DNA of 64,000 nucleotides, taken from the NCBI GenBank assembly GCA_965221165.1, contig CBDCRP010000002.1, forward strand, positions 992,001 through 1,056,000, in the 5' to 3' direction. The notes below the pieces were generated by a model that made no database searches, was not told the DNA's origin, and was given only the letters and a program-made list of their open reading frames with translations. The translations under genes and the position numbers were made by a program. Below, one piece after another: positions 18,291 through 27,304 of this stretch (the first letter of the stretch is position 1; each line of letters opens with the position of its first letter). The stretch is from a bacterium. GTDB taxonomy: Bacteria > UBA8248.

Positions 18291-18317
18291 CAATGGGCTT
18301 CCTGGCGCAACATACGC

Positions 18318-18359
18318 GAAAAAGGCGCCGGAACCGTGACCGTTACGGTTCCGGCGCCT
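18318..18359 (-). terminator. Intrinsic terminator-like hairpin between dctP and dctQ
   Basis: On the minus strand aggcgccggaaccgt-aacggtc-acggttccggcgcct is followed by a T run. Confidence 0.7.
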
Positions 18360-18402
18360 GTACTGTGGTCAAGCGGAACGGCGGAGCGCCGTCACATCGG
18401 TC

Positions 18403-19464
18403 TTACTTGAGGTAGCCGAGGTCCTTCCAGACCGCGTATTCCTTACGGAAGGCGCTGTAGGATTCCCAGACCTTCTTGAAGGTCGCGTCGCGCTTGGCGT
18501 CGGCGGCCGCGACTTCGGCCCACTTCTCCTCGAGCGTGTCCAGGATTGACTGGGGCCAGCGATGGATTGTCACGCCCTTCTTTTTGAGTTCGACCAAAGC
18601 CTTGCCCTGAATGGCCTCGCCCTCGGCGAGCCCGTCTCGGAACGCGTCGCCGCACGACACCTCAATCTGCGCCCGCTGGGTGTCGTTGAGCGCATCCCAT
18701 TTCTTTCTGTTCAGCAGCAATTCAAATACCGTCGACTGCTGGTGCCAGCCGGGGAAGTAGTAGTGCTTCGCCACCTGGTAGAAGCCGAGATTGAGGTCGA
18801 TAGCGGGCATCGAGTATTCGGTCGCGTCGATCGAGCCGCGCTCGAGCGCGGGGAAGATATCGCCGCCGGCGATGAGTTGGGTGGATACGCCCACTTTTTC
18901 CATCACCTTGGCGCCGAGTCCAAAGAAGCGCATCTTCAGGCCCTTCAGGTCGTCGATGCTCTTGATTTCCTTGCGGAACCAGCCCGACGCTTCGGGCGCG
19001 ATGACGCCGCAGGGTATCGATTTCAACCCGTGTTTCTTGTAAATCGCATCCCAGAGCTCATAGCCGCCGCCGTAGAAAATCCAGCCCATATACTCTCCGG
19101 CTCTGGGTCCGAAGGGGACGGCCGCGAACATCGCGAGCGCCGGCTCCTTGCCGTACCAGTAACCGGGCGTCGACCAGCACGCATCGACCGAACCCGCCGC
19201 AACGGCGTCGAAGCACTCCTTGGCCGGGATCAGCGCGTTGGGCTCGAAGAACTTGATTCTGATATTGCCGCCGGAAACCCGTTCCAGACGGTCGACCATG
19301 GCTTTGCCCATCGAGCCGAGCTGGGTCAGGTTGCTCGGGAACCAACTCGCCATTTTCCAGCGTATGCGCTTCGCGGCGTCCGCATCGCCGACACCCGACG
19401 CCATCAGCGTGACGCTCAACGCACAGATCATAAATCCGATCGTCGTAAGTTTCCTGATCGCCAT
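18403..19464 (-). CDS. dctP: TRAP substrate-binding protein (DctP/TakP-like, monocarboxylate/2-oxoacid type)
   Basis: Signal peptide, RWKMAS, GWFRKEI...LKGLKMR, LERGSIDATE, YYFPGWHQ. Confidence 0.9.
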   Translation of the reverse strand: MAIRKLTTIGFMICALSVTLMASGVGDADAAKRIRWKMASWFPSNLTQLGSMGKAMVDRLERVSGGNIRIKFFEPNALIPAKECFDAVAAGSVDACWSTPGYWYGKEPALAMFAAVPFGPRAGEYMGWIFYGGGYELWDAIYKKHGLKSIPCGVIAPEASGWFRKEIKSIDDLKGLKMRFFGLGAKVMEKVGVSTQLIAGGDIFPALERGSIDATEYSMPAIDLNLGFYQVAKHYYFPGWHQQSTVFELLLNRKKWDALNDTQRAQIEVSCGDAFRDGLAEGEAIQGKALVELKKKGVTIHRWPQSILDTLEEKWAEVAAADAKRDATFKKVWESYSAFRKEYAVWKDLGYLK

Positions 19465-19829
19465 CTGCAGTTCCCTCCCTTCGAGTTAGACGCGTTTCAA
19501 AAAGGGGCGACTCATCTCAACTACGGATAAGCCGCCCAATAAAGCTCCCACGCCATGCGTTACGCCAACAAATATATTCCATTTACTAAAATATATTCTA
19601 TCTCTCATTCGGCCGCTGTCAAGGGGGTAGAAATCCGGGTATCCATTATTTTTTCCGAAGCTCTGACAGGCTGTCTATGGGCAGTACAAAGGGGAGGTAC
19701 CCTTGTTGCGGGCTGGAGACGTGGACTAACCGCAGGCGAATTTCCGATCTTTGTCGTAGATATACCATAGGCGTCGGGCGGTACTCGGCATCCCGGGCCG
19801 TCCCCCGTGAAGCCGGGTAGGGCCGCGGG

Positions 19830-19952
19830 GCGCCGAGCACGCGGCCGGGATCGGAAACGACTGCGGCGATATCCGCCACGCGGAGTGAGGAGGTGGTCGT
19901 GGCGAGCACGGCTTCATGAGGGGCGTACGCATCCAGTTCCCTGAATATCTCC
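19830..19952 (-). pseudogene. Fragment of 3-hydroxyacyl-CoA dehydrogenase
   Basis: Reads EIFRELDAYAPHEAVLATTTSSLRVADIAAVVSDPGRVLG (cf. LATNTSSL...PERVIG). An in-frame TAG precedes it and similarity is lost afterwards. Confidence 0.65.
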
Positions 19953-20280
19953 TAACCGAGGGAAGACAAGCGTGACCGTCTTGTCCCAAAATTGAGATAT
20001 CCCTGCTTGAGGAGAACAAGAGAGCGGAGACTCCGCATCGATAACACAGTGTGTCCTACGTGCAAAGCCAAGGAGCACATCGAAAATTAGGCAGAAACCT
20101 CCCCGGCAATTCACCGAAGAGCGAATCGATAAGGAGTAAATCGAGTGTCTGTTTTGGTGGACGTTTTTGTGCCTGTTACATGGACATTTCAGGATACATA
20201 GAGATGCAAAGAGAACCAATCTAAAATCTATAGATTTTTTCTATCTATTCGATTTTGTTTAGTATTTCCTTGTTTTTCCA

Positions 20281-20357
20281 TGGCACGCCCGGTAGGACTC
20301 GAACCTACAACCTTCGGATCCGAAGTCCGACGCTCTATCCAATTGAGCTACGGGCGC
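20281..20357 (-). tRNA. tRNA-Arg(TCG)
   Basis: gcgcccgtagctcaattggatagagcgtcggacTTCGgatccgaaggttgtaggttcgagtcctaccgggcgtgcca folds as a cloverleaf with anticodon TCG and encoded CCA. Confidence 0.96.
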
Positions 20358-20415
20358 GTGATATCCGCCGGCCTTGTTCGGAAGCCAGGTTCCGCTCAAG
20401 AATATGTAATCGCTT

Positions 20416-20492
20416 TGGGGTGAGTGAGGGGATTTGAACCCCCGACCTCCGGGGCCACAACCCGGCGCTCTAACCACTGAGCTACACCCACC
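20416..20492 (-). tRNA. tRNA-His(GTG)
   Basis: ggtgggtgtagctcagtggttagagcgccgggttGTGgccccggaggtcgggggttcaaatcccctcactcacccca, with G-1. Confidence 0.96.
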
Positions 20493-20565
20493 ATGCCTCC
20501 ACCCGTCTCGTCTGTGCGTGTGGCCTCACATTCGGCGAGAGGAGCAACTCGGATTTCCAAAAAAA

Positions 20566-20642
<77 letters not shown>

Positions 20643-21018
20643 CCGCCTCGGCGACTGTTCCGTGGCAACCCATTCGCAGGTGCTGCTTTCCGCTCAAAAG
20701 GCAAGAGAAAATATCACAAATCGAGATCGTCAACAACGCCTTGGTGAGGGAGGCGCATCTTGCGCGAGAGGTATCACGGGAAAATAACGAACATGGCGCT
20801 CGGGCGGGTACGGGGAGATGCGTCGGAGACGATTACGCGAACATACCAACCCGTAAAACGCACACGGGGCCTTCCGGCCCCGCCCCACGAGCACCCCCCA
20901 TTCTCCCCAAATTTTTTAGATGTCTCCTTAATACAGTAAAACCGCCGGAAATGTCCACCGGCGTTGGGGAATTCCCCGAAAACACGCATCAAGGGCGATT
21001 GCCGGCGAAGCAGGAAAC

Positions 21019-21912
21019 CTACTCCCCCTCGAATGGCTTTCTGCGCACCCTGCCCTCGCCCACCAGGGCCGCCTTCATGAGGAGAACCAAGGTGTTGGTT
21101 CTGGGGATGAGGTGGATGAAGCGATCGAGCTTTTGATCGATCACGTCGATTTCGCCCTCGGAAAGTCCCAGCGCCGCCGCCCGCTCCCTGCTCAGATCGA
21201 CGGCGAAGGGAAACTCCTGGGCCGCGGCAGCCGCAGCGCCTTGCGCCTGGGTGACGGTAATCCTGTACCCCGCCTTCGCCATCTCTTCTTTGAGAAACGG
21301 CCACACCCGCTCCAGGAAGGCGGGATGATGCCCGAGGGCGCGCCAGACGCTGCCCAGCCCCCCGGTCGCCTCGCGAATCTCCTGGTACAGAGCGCCCAGC
21401 GCATCATCGGCGGCGGCCGGGTCCACCAGAGCCTCCGCGCGCATCGAGGGGGGTGGCCCCTTGGGCAGCGCATCGGTGTCCGCGTCCGATCCGGGCCGGA
21501 CGCCGCCTATCTTCATGCCGTTCAGCGCGCCCTTCAAGGCTGCCGCGAGAATGAGGTTCTTGGGATTCGCATGGTTGTATATGTCCAGGACGCCATCGAC
21601 CGCGTCGATGTCCTCAGGCGTGTAATCGAAATCATCTTCTAATTCTTCTCCCACGTCGGGCACGTCGGGCGGCATGGGCGGGGCCATCCGCATCCTGAGG
21701 TTATCCGCGCAGCGCTCGAAATAGGCTATCGAGGCGTTGGGTCTGAGCGCATCCCAGGCCGCGGAAAAGTATTGTTCATGAACGGCCAGGGTGCGATAGA
21801 TGAGGTTCACCTGCGTGCTGCGGAGCACCCGACGCATGTCTTCATAGATCGCCGCAACCTTCCCGGTGGCGCGATCTTCGGTGATTTCATCCAGGGCGAT
21901 GGGTTTCATCAT
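21019..21912 (-). CDS. Group I haloacid dehalogenase (DehI)-family protein
   Basis: Internal two-fold repeat (ATGKVAAIYEDMRRVLR / AADDALGALYQEIREAT), AWDALRPN, NHANPK; GGAGG RBS before MMKPI. Confidence 0.7.
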   Translation of the reverse strand: MMKPIALDEITEDRATGKVAAIYEDMRRVLRSTQVNLIYRTLAVHEQYFSAAWDALRPNASIAYFERCADNLRMRMAPPMPPDVPDVGEELEDDFDYTPEDIDAVDGVLDIYNHANPKNLILAAALKGALNGMKIGGVRPGSDADTDALPKGPPPSMRAEALVDPAAADDALGALYQEIREATGGLGSVWRALGHHPAFLERVWPFLKEEMAKAGYRITVTQAQGAAAAAAQEFPFAVDLSRERAAALGLSEGEIDVIDQKLDRFIHLIPRTNTLVLLMKAALVGEGRVRRKPFEGE

Positions 21913-22079
21913 TTCCCCCTTCAAGGCCCGTAAGGCAAAAGCTGAAACAGCGGCTCGGCGAGGCGCCGCGCGAATCGCCCAGAGTATAGGGGTGGTCAGT
22001 GGATGGAACAAGCCGGGAGCAGGCTCTCGAGCCGGTTTGGCTCCAAAACGCATTTTTTTCAAAAAAACAAAAAAATCCC

Positions 22080-22124
22080 TTGACACGAAAGTTGAATGGC
22101 AATATATTTGATTTAGTCAAATAT
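22080..22124 (+). promoter_or_regulatory. Sigma70 promoter with overlapping palindromic operator
   Basis: TTGACA (22080-85), 17-bp spacer, TATATT (22103-08); perfect palindrome ATATTTGA-n5-TCAAATAT at 22104-22124; further half site ATATTTGA near 22136. Confidence 0.8.
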
Positions 22125-22246
22125 TGATGCGCCGCATATTTGACAAAGATTAAAAAAGAACCATCAGACGAAATGCCCGGGAAACATCGAGGCTGCGCCT
22201 CAAAAACCCGGGCCACGAAATCCGGGAATGATTATATCGAGGAGTC

Positions 22247-22741
22247 ATGAATAGAATGGACATCACTCCGCAAGCCTGTTGCGAGGGAACAGCCCTGGAG
22301 ACCCACGGCCTCGGCGCGCGCCTTCACGTGGCGCTCGACAATCTCTTTCATCAGAAAAAACCCGCCGACAGGGAGGCGGTGTGCCGCCACGACATCACCA
22401 ACAACCAGTGGACGCTCCTTCACATGCTCGCCCATGCGGAAACGGGCCCCCTGCCCATGGGGGTGATAGCCAGGCGAATGCGCCTCACCCCGAGCGGCGT
22501 GACGCGCTGCGCGGACCCCCTGGTCGAGCGCGGTCTCATCGAGCGCTGCATGAAGGAAGGAGACCGCCGCGTGTGCTGCCTGGGATTGAGCGAGGCGGGC
22601 GCCGCGCTCCACGGGACCATATCGGAAGGCTGCGCACTCGAGGACGGCGCGCTTCTGGGCGCTTTCTCCCCCGAGGAGCAGGAAGAGATCGTCCGCGCGA
22701 TAGAAAAACTCGCGCGCGCCGCCAAGGAGTCCTCGTCATGA
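22247..22741 (+). CDS. MarR-family regulator, Cys-rich (ACC, DRRVCC, EGC)
   Basis: wHTH LTPSGVTRCADPLVERGLIER and DRR wing motif. Confidence 0.85.
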   Translation: MNRMDITPQACCEGTALETHGLGARLHVALDNLFHQKKPADREAVCRHDITNNQWTLLHMLAHAETGPLPMGVIARRMRLTPSGVTRCADPLVERGLIERCMKEGDRRVCCLGLSEAGAALHGTISEGCALEDGALLGAFSPEEQEEIVRAIEKLARAAKESSS

Positions 22742-23835
22742 TCACCGAAGCGAAAACAGTCCAGGCGGTCGATGGCCCCGCACCGCCCGCAGATGAGGCC
22801 TCCTGCTACGCGCCCGAGCCAAAATCCAGATGGACCTCCCCCTACCTGTGGGGCTTCATCTCGGGGGCTGCGCTCTTGGCGCTCATCCTCTGGACGCAGG
22901 CTGGACGAGAGATTCCAGCCGGCCTCATCACCGCCGAGGTCAAGCGAAACGCCCTGTTCATGCTGGGGAGTTTCTGGAGCATCGCGCCCTTTTTCCTGTT
23001 GAGCGTGGCGGTTTCGGCCTGGGTCACCGTAGCCGGATATGCCGAGAAGATAAAAGCGGTGTTCAACAAACGCCAGGGCATGGCCATCGCAGGTGCGGCA
23101 TCGGTGGGAGCGGTCGTGCCGTTTTGCTCCTGCGGCGTCATTCCCCTGATCGCCGCTATGCTTTCGAGCGGCGTGCCGCTGGGACCCGTAATGGCCTTCT
23201 GGATAAGTTCGCCCCTGATGAGCCCCGAGAAATTCGTGCTGACCGCAGGCGTTTTGGGCACGGATTACGCCATCGCGCGGCTCGTCACCGCCATCGTCTT
23301 AGGCGCCGGAGCGGGCTACGCCACATACCTCATCGGGCGAGGCGGCAGGCTCGACGGTGAACTGAGGACCATCGTCGCGCCGGGCGCGCAGGAAACCCAA
23401 GGCAAAACCCGGATGAAGGGGCCGTCCTTGAGCGGCTTCACCGCCCAGGCGATGAGCGTGGGCGGTTATCTCGCCAAGTGGCTGGCCGTGGCGTTTTTCC
23501 TGGAAGCGCTGATCGTCCACTACGTCGACCCCGCGTGGATAGGCGCGGTACTCGGCGAGGAAAACCCCTGGTCGATTCCCCTGGCGAGCGCGGTGGGAAT
23601 CCCGCTCTACACCTCGGGCGTCGCCGCCATTCCCATCACCAAGGGACTCCTCGCCGCAGGCATGGGCGCGGGCGCCGCCATGGCCTTTCTCATCGCCGGT
23701 CCCGCCACGTGCATTCCCGCCATGGCCGGCGTGTGGGCGCTGGTGAAGCGCAAAATCTTCGCCATCTATCTCGCCACGGGCATCCTGGGGTCACTGGTTG
23801 CGGGATACGCGTTTCAGCTTCTCATCCGGCCATAG
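22738..23835 (+). CDS. DUF318/ArsP-family permease
   Basis: PFCSCG, MAFWISSPL, GIPLY, AFLIAGPA; ATGA overlap with marR. Confidence 0.85.
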   Translation: MITEAKTVQAVDGPAPPADEASCYAPEPKSRWTSPYLWGFISGAALLALILWTQAGREIPAGLITAEVKRNALFMLGSFWSIAPFFLLSVAVSAWVTVAGYAEKIKAVFNKRQGMAIAGAASVGAVVPFCSCGVIPLIAAMLSSGVPLGPVMAFWISSPLMSPEKFVLTAGVLGTDYAIARLVTAIVLGAGAGYATYLIGRGGRLDGELRTIVAPGAQETQGKTRMKGPSLSGFTAQAMSVGGYLAKWLAVAFFLEALIVHYVDPAWIGAVLGEENPWSIPLASAVGIPLYTSGVAAIPITKGLLAAGMGAGAAMAFLIAGPATCIPAMAGVWALVKRKIFAIYLATGILGSLVAGYAFQLLIRP

Positions 23836-23864
23836 GGTTTGAGGCCGCTCATCGGTGATATCCT

Positions 23865-23905
23865 GCCCGGCGTCTGGTTTTCCACCTCAGGCGCCGGGCT
23901 TTTTT
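23865..23905 (+). terminator. Intrinsic terminator
   Basis: gcccggcgtctg...caggcgccgggc stem followed by tttttt. Confidence 0.75.
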
Positions 23906-24063
23906 GAGCCCTGAACCAGGAGTTCACGAGGCGGTATCCGCCTCGGCATACGTCGCCCCTTAAAAGACGCCCTGCCCTCTCGACAAGATGCGCGCGCAGT
24001 CGTAACCTCCCGTAAAATTTTGCAAATACCCTCATCCTGTAAACACACTGGAGACATATAAAA

Positions 24064-24921
24064 ATGCCGATATCCCCTCACGCCGCCGAATACGCAGAAC
24101 CCAGCCGCATGCGCGTGGGCTACGTCATCACCACGCCCGAAGTGCGCTCGCCCCTGATGCCGGGCGTGCGCGGGGATTTCGGCGAGAATCTGGGCGTCCT
24201 CAAGGATTTGGGCTACGACACGCTCGAAGTCGCCATGCGCGACCCCGGCGACCCCGACGCCCAGGGGGTGGAGGCGGAAATCGCCCGCTCGGGCCTTTCG
24301 GTGACGATGATTGGCTCGGCACCCAGCGAGCTTCAGGACGGGGTGATGATGTGCCACCCAGACGCCGAGGTTCGCGAGGCGGGCGCCGCCCGGCTGCGCG
24401 CCTTGATCGATGCGGGCGAGAAACTGGGCGCCCTGGGCGTGAACATCGGCCGGTTTCGCGGCACGCGCATCCCCGGCGATATGTGGGAGACCTCGAACGC
24501 CTGGATGCGCGACGCCATGCGCGCGGGTGCGGACTACGCCGCTGCGCGGGGGATGAAAATCTACATCGAACCCTACAACCGTTACGAGACGAACTTCATC
24601 AACACCGTGCGCCAGGGTATGGAATACGTGAAGGCCGAGAACCACGCAGGCCTCGCCCTGATGATAGACAGCTGCTGGATGAACTCCGAAGACGCCTCGA
24701 TACCCGGAGCCATCTTCGCCGCGCGCGAGTGGATAGAATACGTGCACGCCGCCGATTCCACGCGCGGCTATCCGGGGTCGGGCCATATCCACTTCGGCGA
24801 CTTCATCCGCGCGCTCAGGGAGATCGGCTACGAGGGCGTGCTCTCGGTGCAGATCGACCAGAAACCCGCCTTCCGCATAGCGGCGGAGCGAAGCATCCGG
24901 CTGCTGAGGTGTTATCTGTAG
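24064..24921 (+). CDS. Sugar phosphate isomerase/epimerase (xylose-isomerase-like TIM barrel)
   Basis: IEPYNRYETNFINT, LMIDS, HAADS.RGYPGSGH. Confidence 0.85.
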   Translation: MPISPHAAEYAEPSRMRVGYVITTPEVRSPLMPGVRGDFGENLGVLKDLGYDTLEVAMRDPGDPDAQGVEAEIARSGLSVTMIGSAPSELQDGVMMCHPDAEVREAGAARLRALIDAGEKLGALGVNIGRFRGTRIPGDMWETSNAWMRDAMRAGADYAAARGMKIYIEPYNRYETNFINTVRQGMEYVKAENHAGLALMIDSCWMNSEDASIPGAIFAAREWIEYVHAADSTRGYPGSGHIHFGDFIRALREIGYEGVLSVQIDQKPAFRIAAERSIRLLRCYL

Positions 24922-24981
24922 GGGTGAGGGGTTGGGGTGCAGACTCGAGAGCTCTGATCAGACGGAGGTGTCACTGCTGCT

Positions 24982-26196
24982 TCAAGCAATCGGTATCATC
25001 TTGAAATGAGCCTCGACGGTCTGAATGATTTCCTTAGCCAGCGGAAGATTTGTCTTCTCGGCCTGCCAATGCTGATGAAACAGGGCCACGGTTTCATGGG
25101 CTGTATCAAGAACCAGCTTCTCGGGCAACAGTGCCTTGGCCGCAAGATGAACTAACTCGTCTGCAGAGAATTCACTGAAACTCTTGGTTCGACTGAAATT
25201 CAGCGCAGCCTTCTCATCCGGGACATAGGGTATAGTCGACACGAAATCATAGGCGGGGGCAAGCGCCGCACGTCGCCGGTCGGGATAAATCAACGACCAG
25301 TTTTTCAAATGCATATCGGCATTACCGATCAACGTGTTGAACGTCAGCCTGCGAATGAACTCGGCGATATCCGCATCGCCGCCTTCCAAGGCAATGACTT
25401 TGGCAATGCTGCGGTAATTGGCTTTCTCGTATTTTTTATCTGGATAAACACCGAAGACCTGCGCGAAGTCCTCAATGTGGACGGGGACGCCATCCGCCAG
25501 TCGGTCAAAACGCTGAATGGCGAGCGCTTTTCCTTCCAGCTTGCCGATGCCTTCAGGCAGATTCCCGATCGCATCGACGTCAACCAGTTCGAGGGCCGGC
25601 ACGTCAATACCTATAAGACGGGCCAGGGTCATCATCGCATATTCGTTCTCGGGCACACCTGCGAATTCACGCGAAGGCAGCTTGATGATCCACGAGCCGC
25701 CGACGCCCTTGGCGGGAATCGTCAAACCACCGCTGGCCTCAGCAATCGCCGAAAACTTGAGTTGTACGCCGGCGAGTGAAAAGCGCAGCGTAGTTTCATG
25801 CGGGCCCCCATCATCTTGATCGACATGAACGTCGGGCGGCCACGCTTCACCATCGGCGGGCTGGATCGTGATCGCCCCCGGAAGATCCCTACCGAGCGCC
25901 CAGAGCAGAAAAAACTCCCGTGCGGGACTCACGCCGGCGCGGCCAGCGAGATAAGTGCGTAGATGTCCTTCCGGCAACAGATTTGAGAAGAACGGCAGCA
26001 CGCTTGCCCGGGTCGGGCGAAAGTCGGTGATCAATTCACCAAACTCGTCCTTGAAGCTCAGCCCGAGCACGGGCCGGTTCTCATCGGCGATATACTCGTC
26101 GTTGAACGCAAAGAGTATGCGATCTCCGCCGACGCGCGTCAGCGTACCGATCGGAACATCATAAAGGAGGACGTCAAGGACGGCGACATCAGCCAT
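24982..26196 (-). CDS. hipA: HipA-family toxin kinase
   Basis: PFFSNLLPEG, FSLAGVQLK, RFDR, HIEDFAQ, GNADMHLKNWS, LAPAYD. Confidence 0.92.
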   Translation of the reverse strand: MADVAVLDVLLYDVPIGTLTRVGGDRILFAFNDEYIADENRPVLGLSFKDEFGELITDFRPTRASVLPFFSNLLPEGHLRTYLAGRAGVSPAREFFLLWALGRDLPGAITIQPADGEAWPPDVHVDQDDGGPHETTLRFSLAGVQLKFSAIAEASGGLTIPAKGVGGSWIIKLPSREFAGVPENEYAMMTLARLIGIDVPALELVDVDAIGNLPEGIGKLEGKALAIQRFDRLADGVPVHIEDFAQVFGVYPDKKYEKANYRSIAKVIALEGGDADIAEFIRRLTFNTLIGNADMHLKNWSLIYPDRRRAALAPAYDFVSTIPYVPDEKAALNFSRTKSFSEFSADELVHLAAKALLPEKLVLDTAHETVALFHQHWQAEKTNLPLAKEIIQTVEAHFKMIPIA

Positions 26197-26794
26197 GATC
26201 GTCCTCTTCCAGACTATGGGCCGGGCGTACGGGTTCTCTCGTCTCCCTATCGGACAGCCCATGGGCGAGCATATTGCGGAGATTGCGAAGCTGCAAAAGG
26301 GAGGAGCGAATAGCGTCCAGACTCTCCGGGTTATCCCCAAAGGCCTTCACAGCCTCCTCGGCGCTGCGGATCGTTTCAATGTCGTGACGGGGAATCAAAA
26401 AATGCTGGAGTTCTCGCACATGGCGCTGAAGCTCGGCCAGTTCAGGTGCCTTAGGGTGTAATTGTATTAGAGCGGCGATATGGCGCTGAAGGCGCCGGAG
26501 TACCCGAAGCGTCCGACGCACGCGCCCGCGGGCGAAGAGGTTGCTTTCGACACTGTCTCGTACAATCGACTGAACGGCGGGGACGGCCTTGCGCGGCGCG
26601 AGCACAACTTCCAGTTCCAAGACACGGGCCAGCTTTACAAGGTTGGAAACCCGGAGATCGACTGCATTGTTCTCGATCTTCGAGATATGTCCCTGCGGCA
26701 CGCCGGTCTGCTCGCTCAGCGCGCGCTGGCTCAGCCCCTTGCCCTCGCGGGCGCTTTTCAGCATATCGGCTATATGTTCGGTCGAATACATCAT
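26189..26794 (-). CDS. XRE HTH antitoxin (HipB-like) with C-terminal extension
   Basis: LSQRALSEQTGVPQGHISKIEN; overlaps the hipA start. Confidence 0.8.
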   Translation of the reverse strand: MMYSTEHIADMLKSAREGKGLSQRALSEQTGVPQGHISKIENNAVDLRVSNLVKLARVLELEVVLAPRKAVPAVQSIVRDSVESNLFARGRVRRTLRVLRRLQRHIAALIQLHPKAPELAELQRHVRELQHFLIPRHDIETIRSAEEAVKAFGDNPESLDAIRSSLLQLRNLRNMLAHGLSDRETREPVRPAHSLEEDDHG

Positions 26795-26943
26795 TTTAAT
26801 TCCTTTGATATATTAAAATATACAAACAATATAATTTAATATATCAAAAAAAGATTAGATTCAAGGCTTGATAGATAAAAAAGAGAAATGACGGCGTCAA
26901 AACTTCCTAGATTGTAGGAAGCATTCCCAAAATTCAGTATCGA

Positions 26944-27261
26944 TCATATCGCTTCCGGCAACCCGGCCCGAGGCGGGAGACCCTCCTTCGTGGGCAGACG
27001 GCGGATATCATCGCCCGATTGCCCCTCGGCGCAGGCTAGTTCGAAATGCGCTTGCAGATTGAGCCAGAACTCGGGCTCGACGCCGAACCAGTGGCCCAAG
27101 CGCAGGGCCGTATCGCCGGTGATCGAGCGCTTGGCGTTGATAATCTGGCTCACCCGGTTGGGCGGTACGCCGATCTGGCGCGCGAATTCCGTGGGCGTGA
27201 CGCCGAGTTCCGCCAATTCGTTCTTCAATATCTTGCCGGGATGGACGGCTCGCTTCAACAC
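26944..27261 (-). CDS. higA: HigA-family antitoxin
   Basis: HPGKILK, RSITGDTALRLGHWFG...FWLNLQ. Confidence 0.88.
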   Translation of the reverse strand: MLKRAVHPGKILKNELAELGVTPTEFARQIGVPPNRVSQIINAKRSITGDTALRLGHWFGVEPEFWLNLQAHFELACAEGQSGDDIRRLPTKEGLPPRAGLPEAI

Positions 27262-27304
27262 CTCATCTTCCCTCTCATGAATAATAACCCACTATCTCGA
27301 CCCC

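Larger units (their letters stand above)
4354..20319. mobile_element. tRNA-Arg-anchored genomic island (no integrase visible)
   Basis: Direct repeat of the tRNA 3' end at both ends, AT-richer non-coding edges and accessory respiratory cargo. Confidence 0.75.

Noticed and set aside
19500-20280. Integrase gene next to the tRNA
   Set aside because: No ORF with tyrosine-recombinase R...HxxR...Y motifs; only short ORFs and a dehydrogenase relic.
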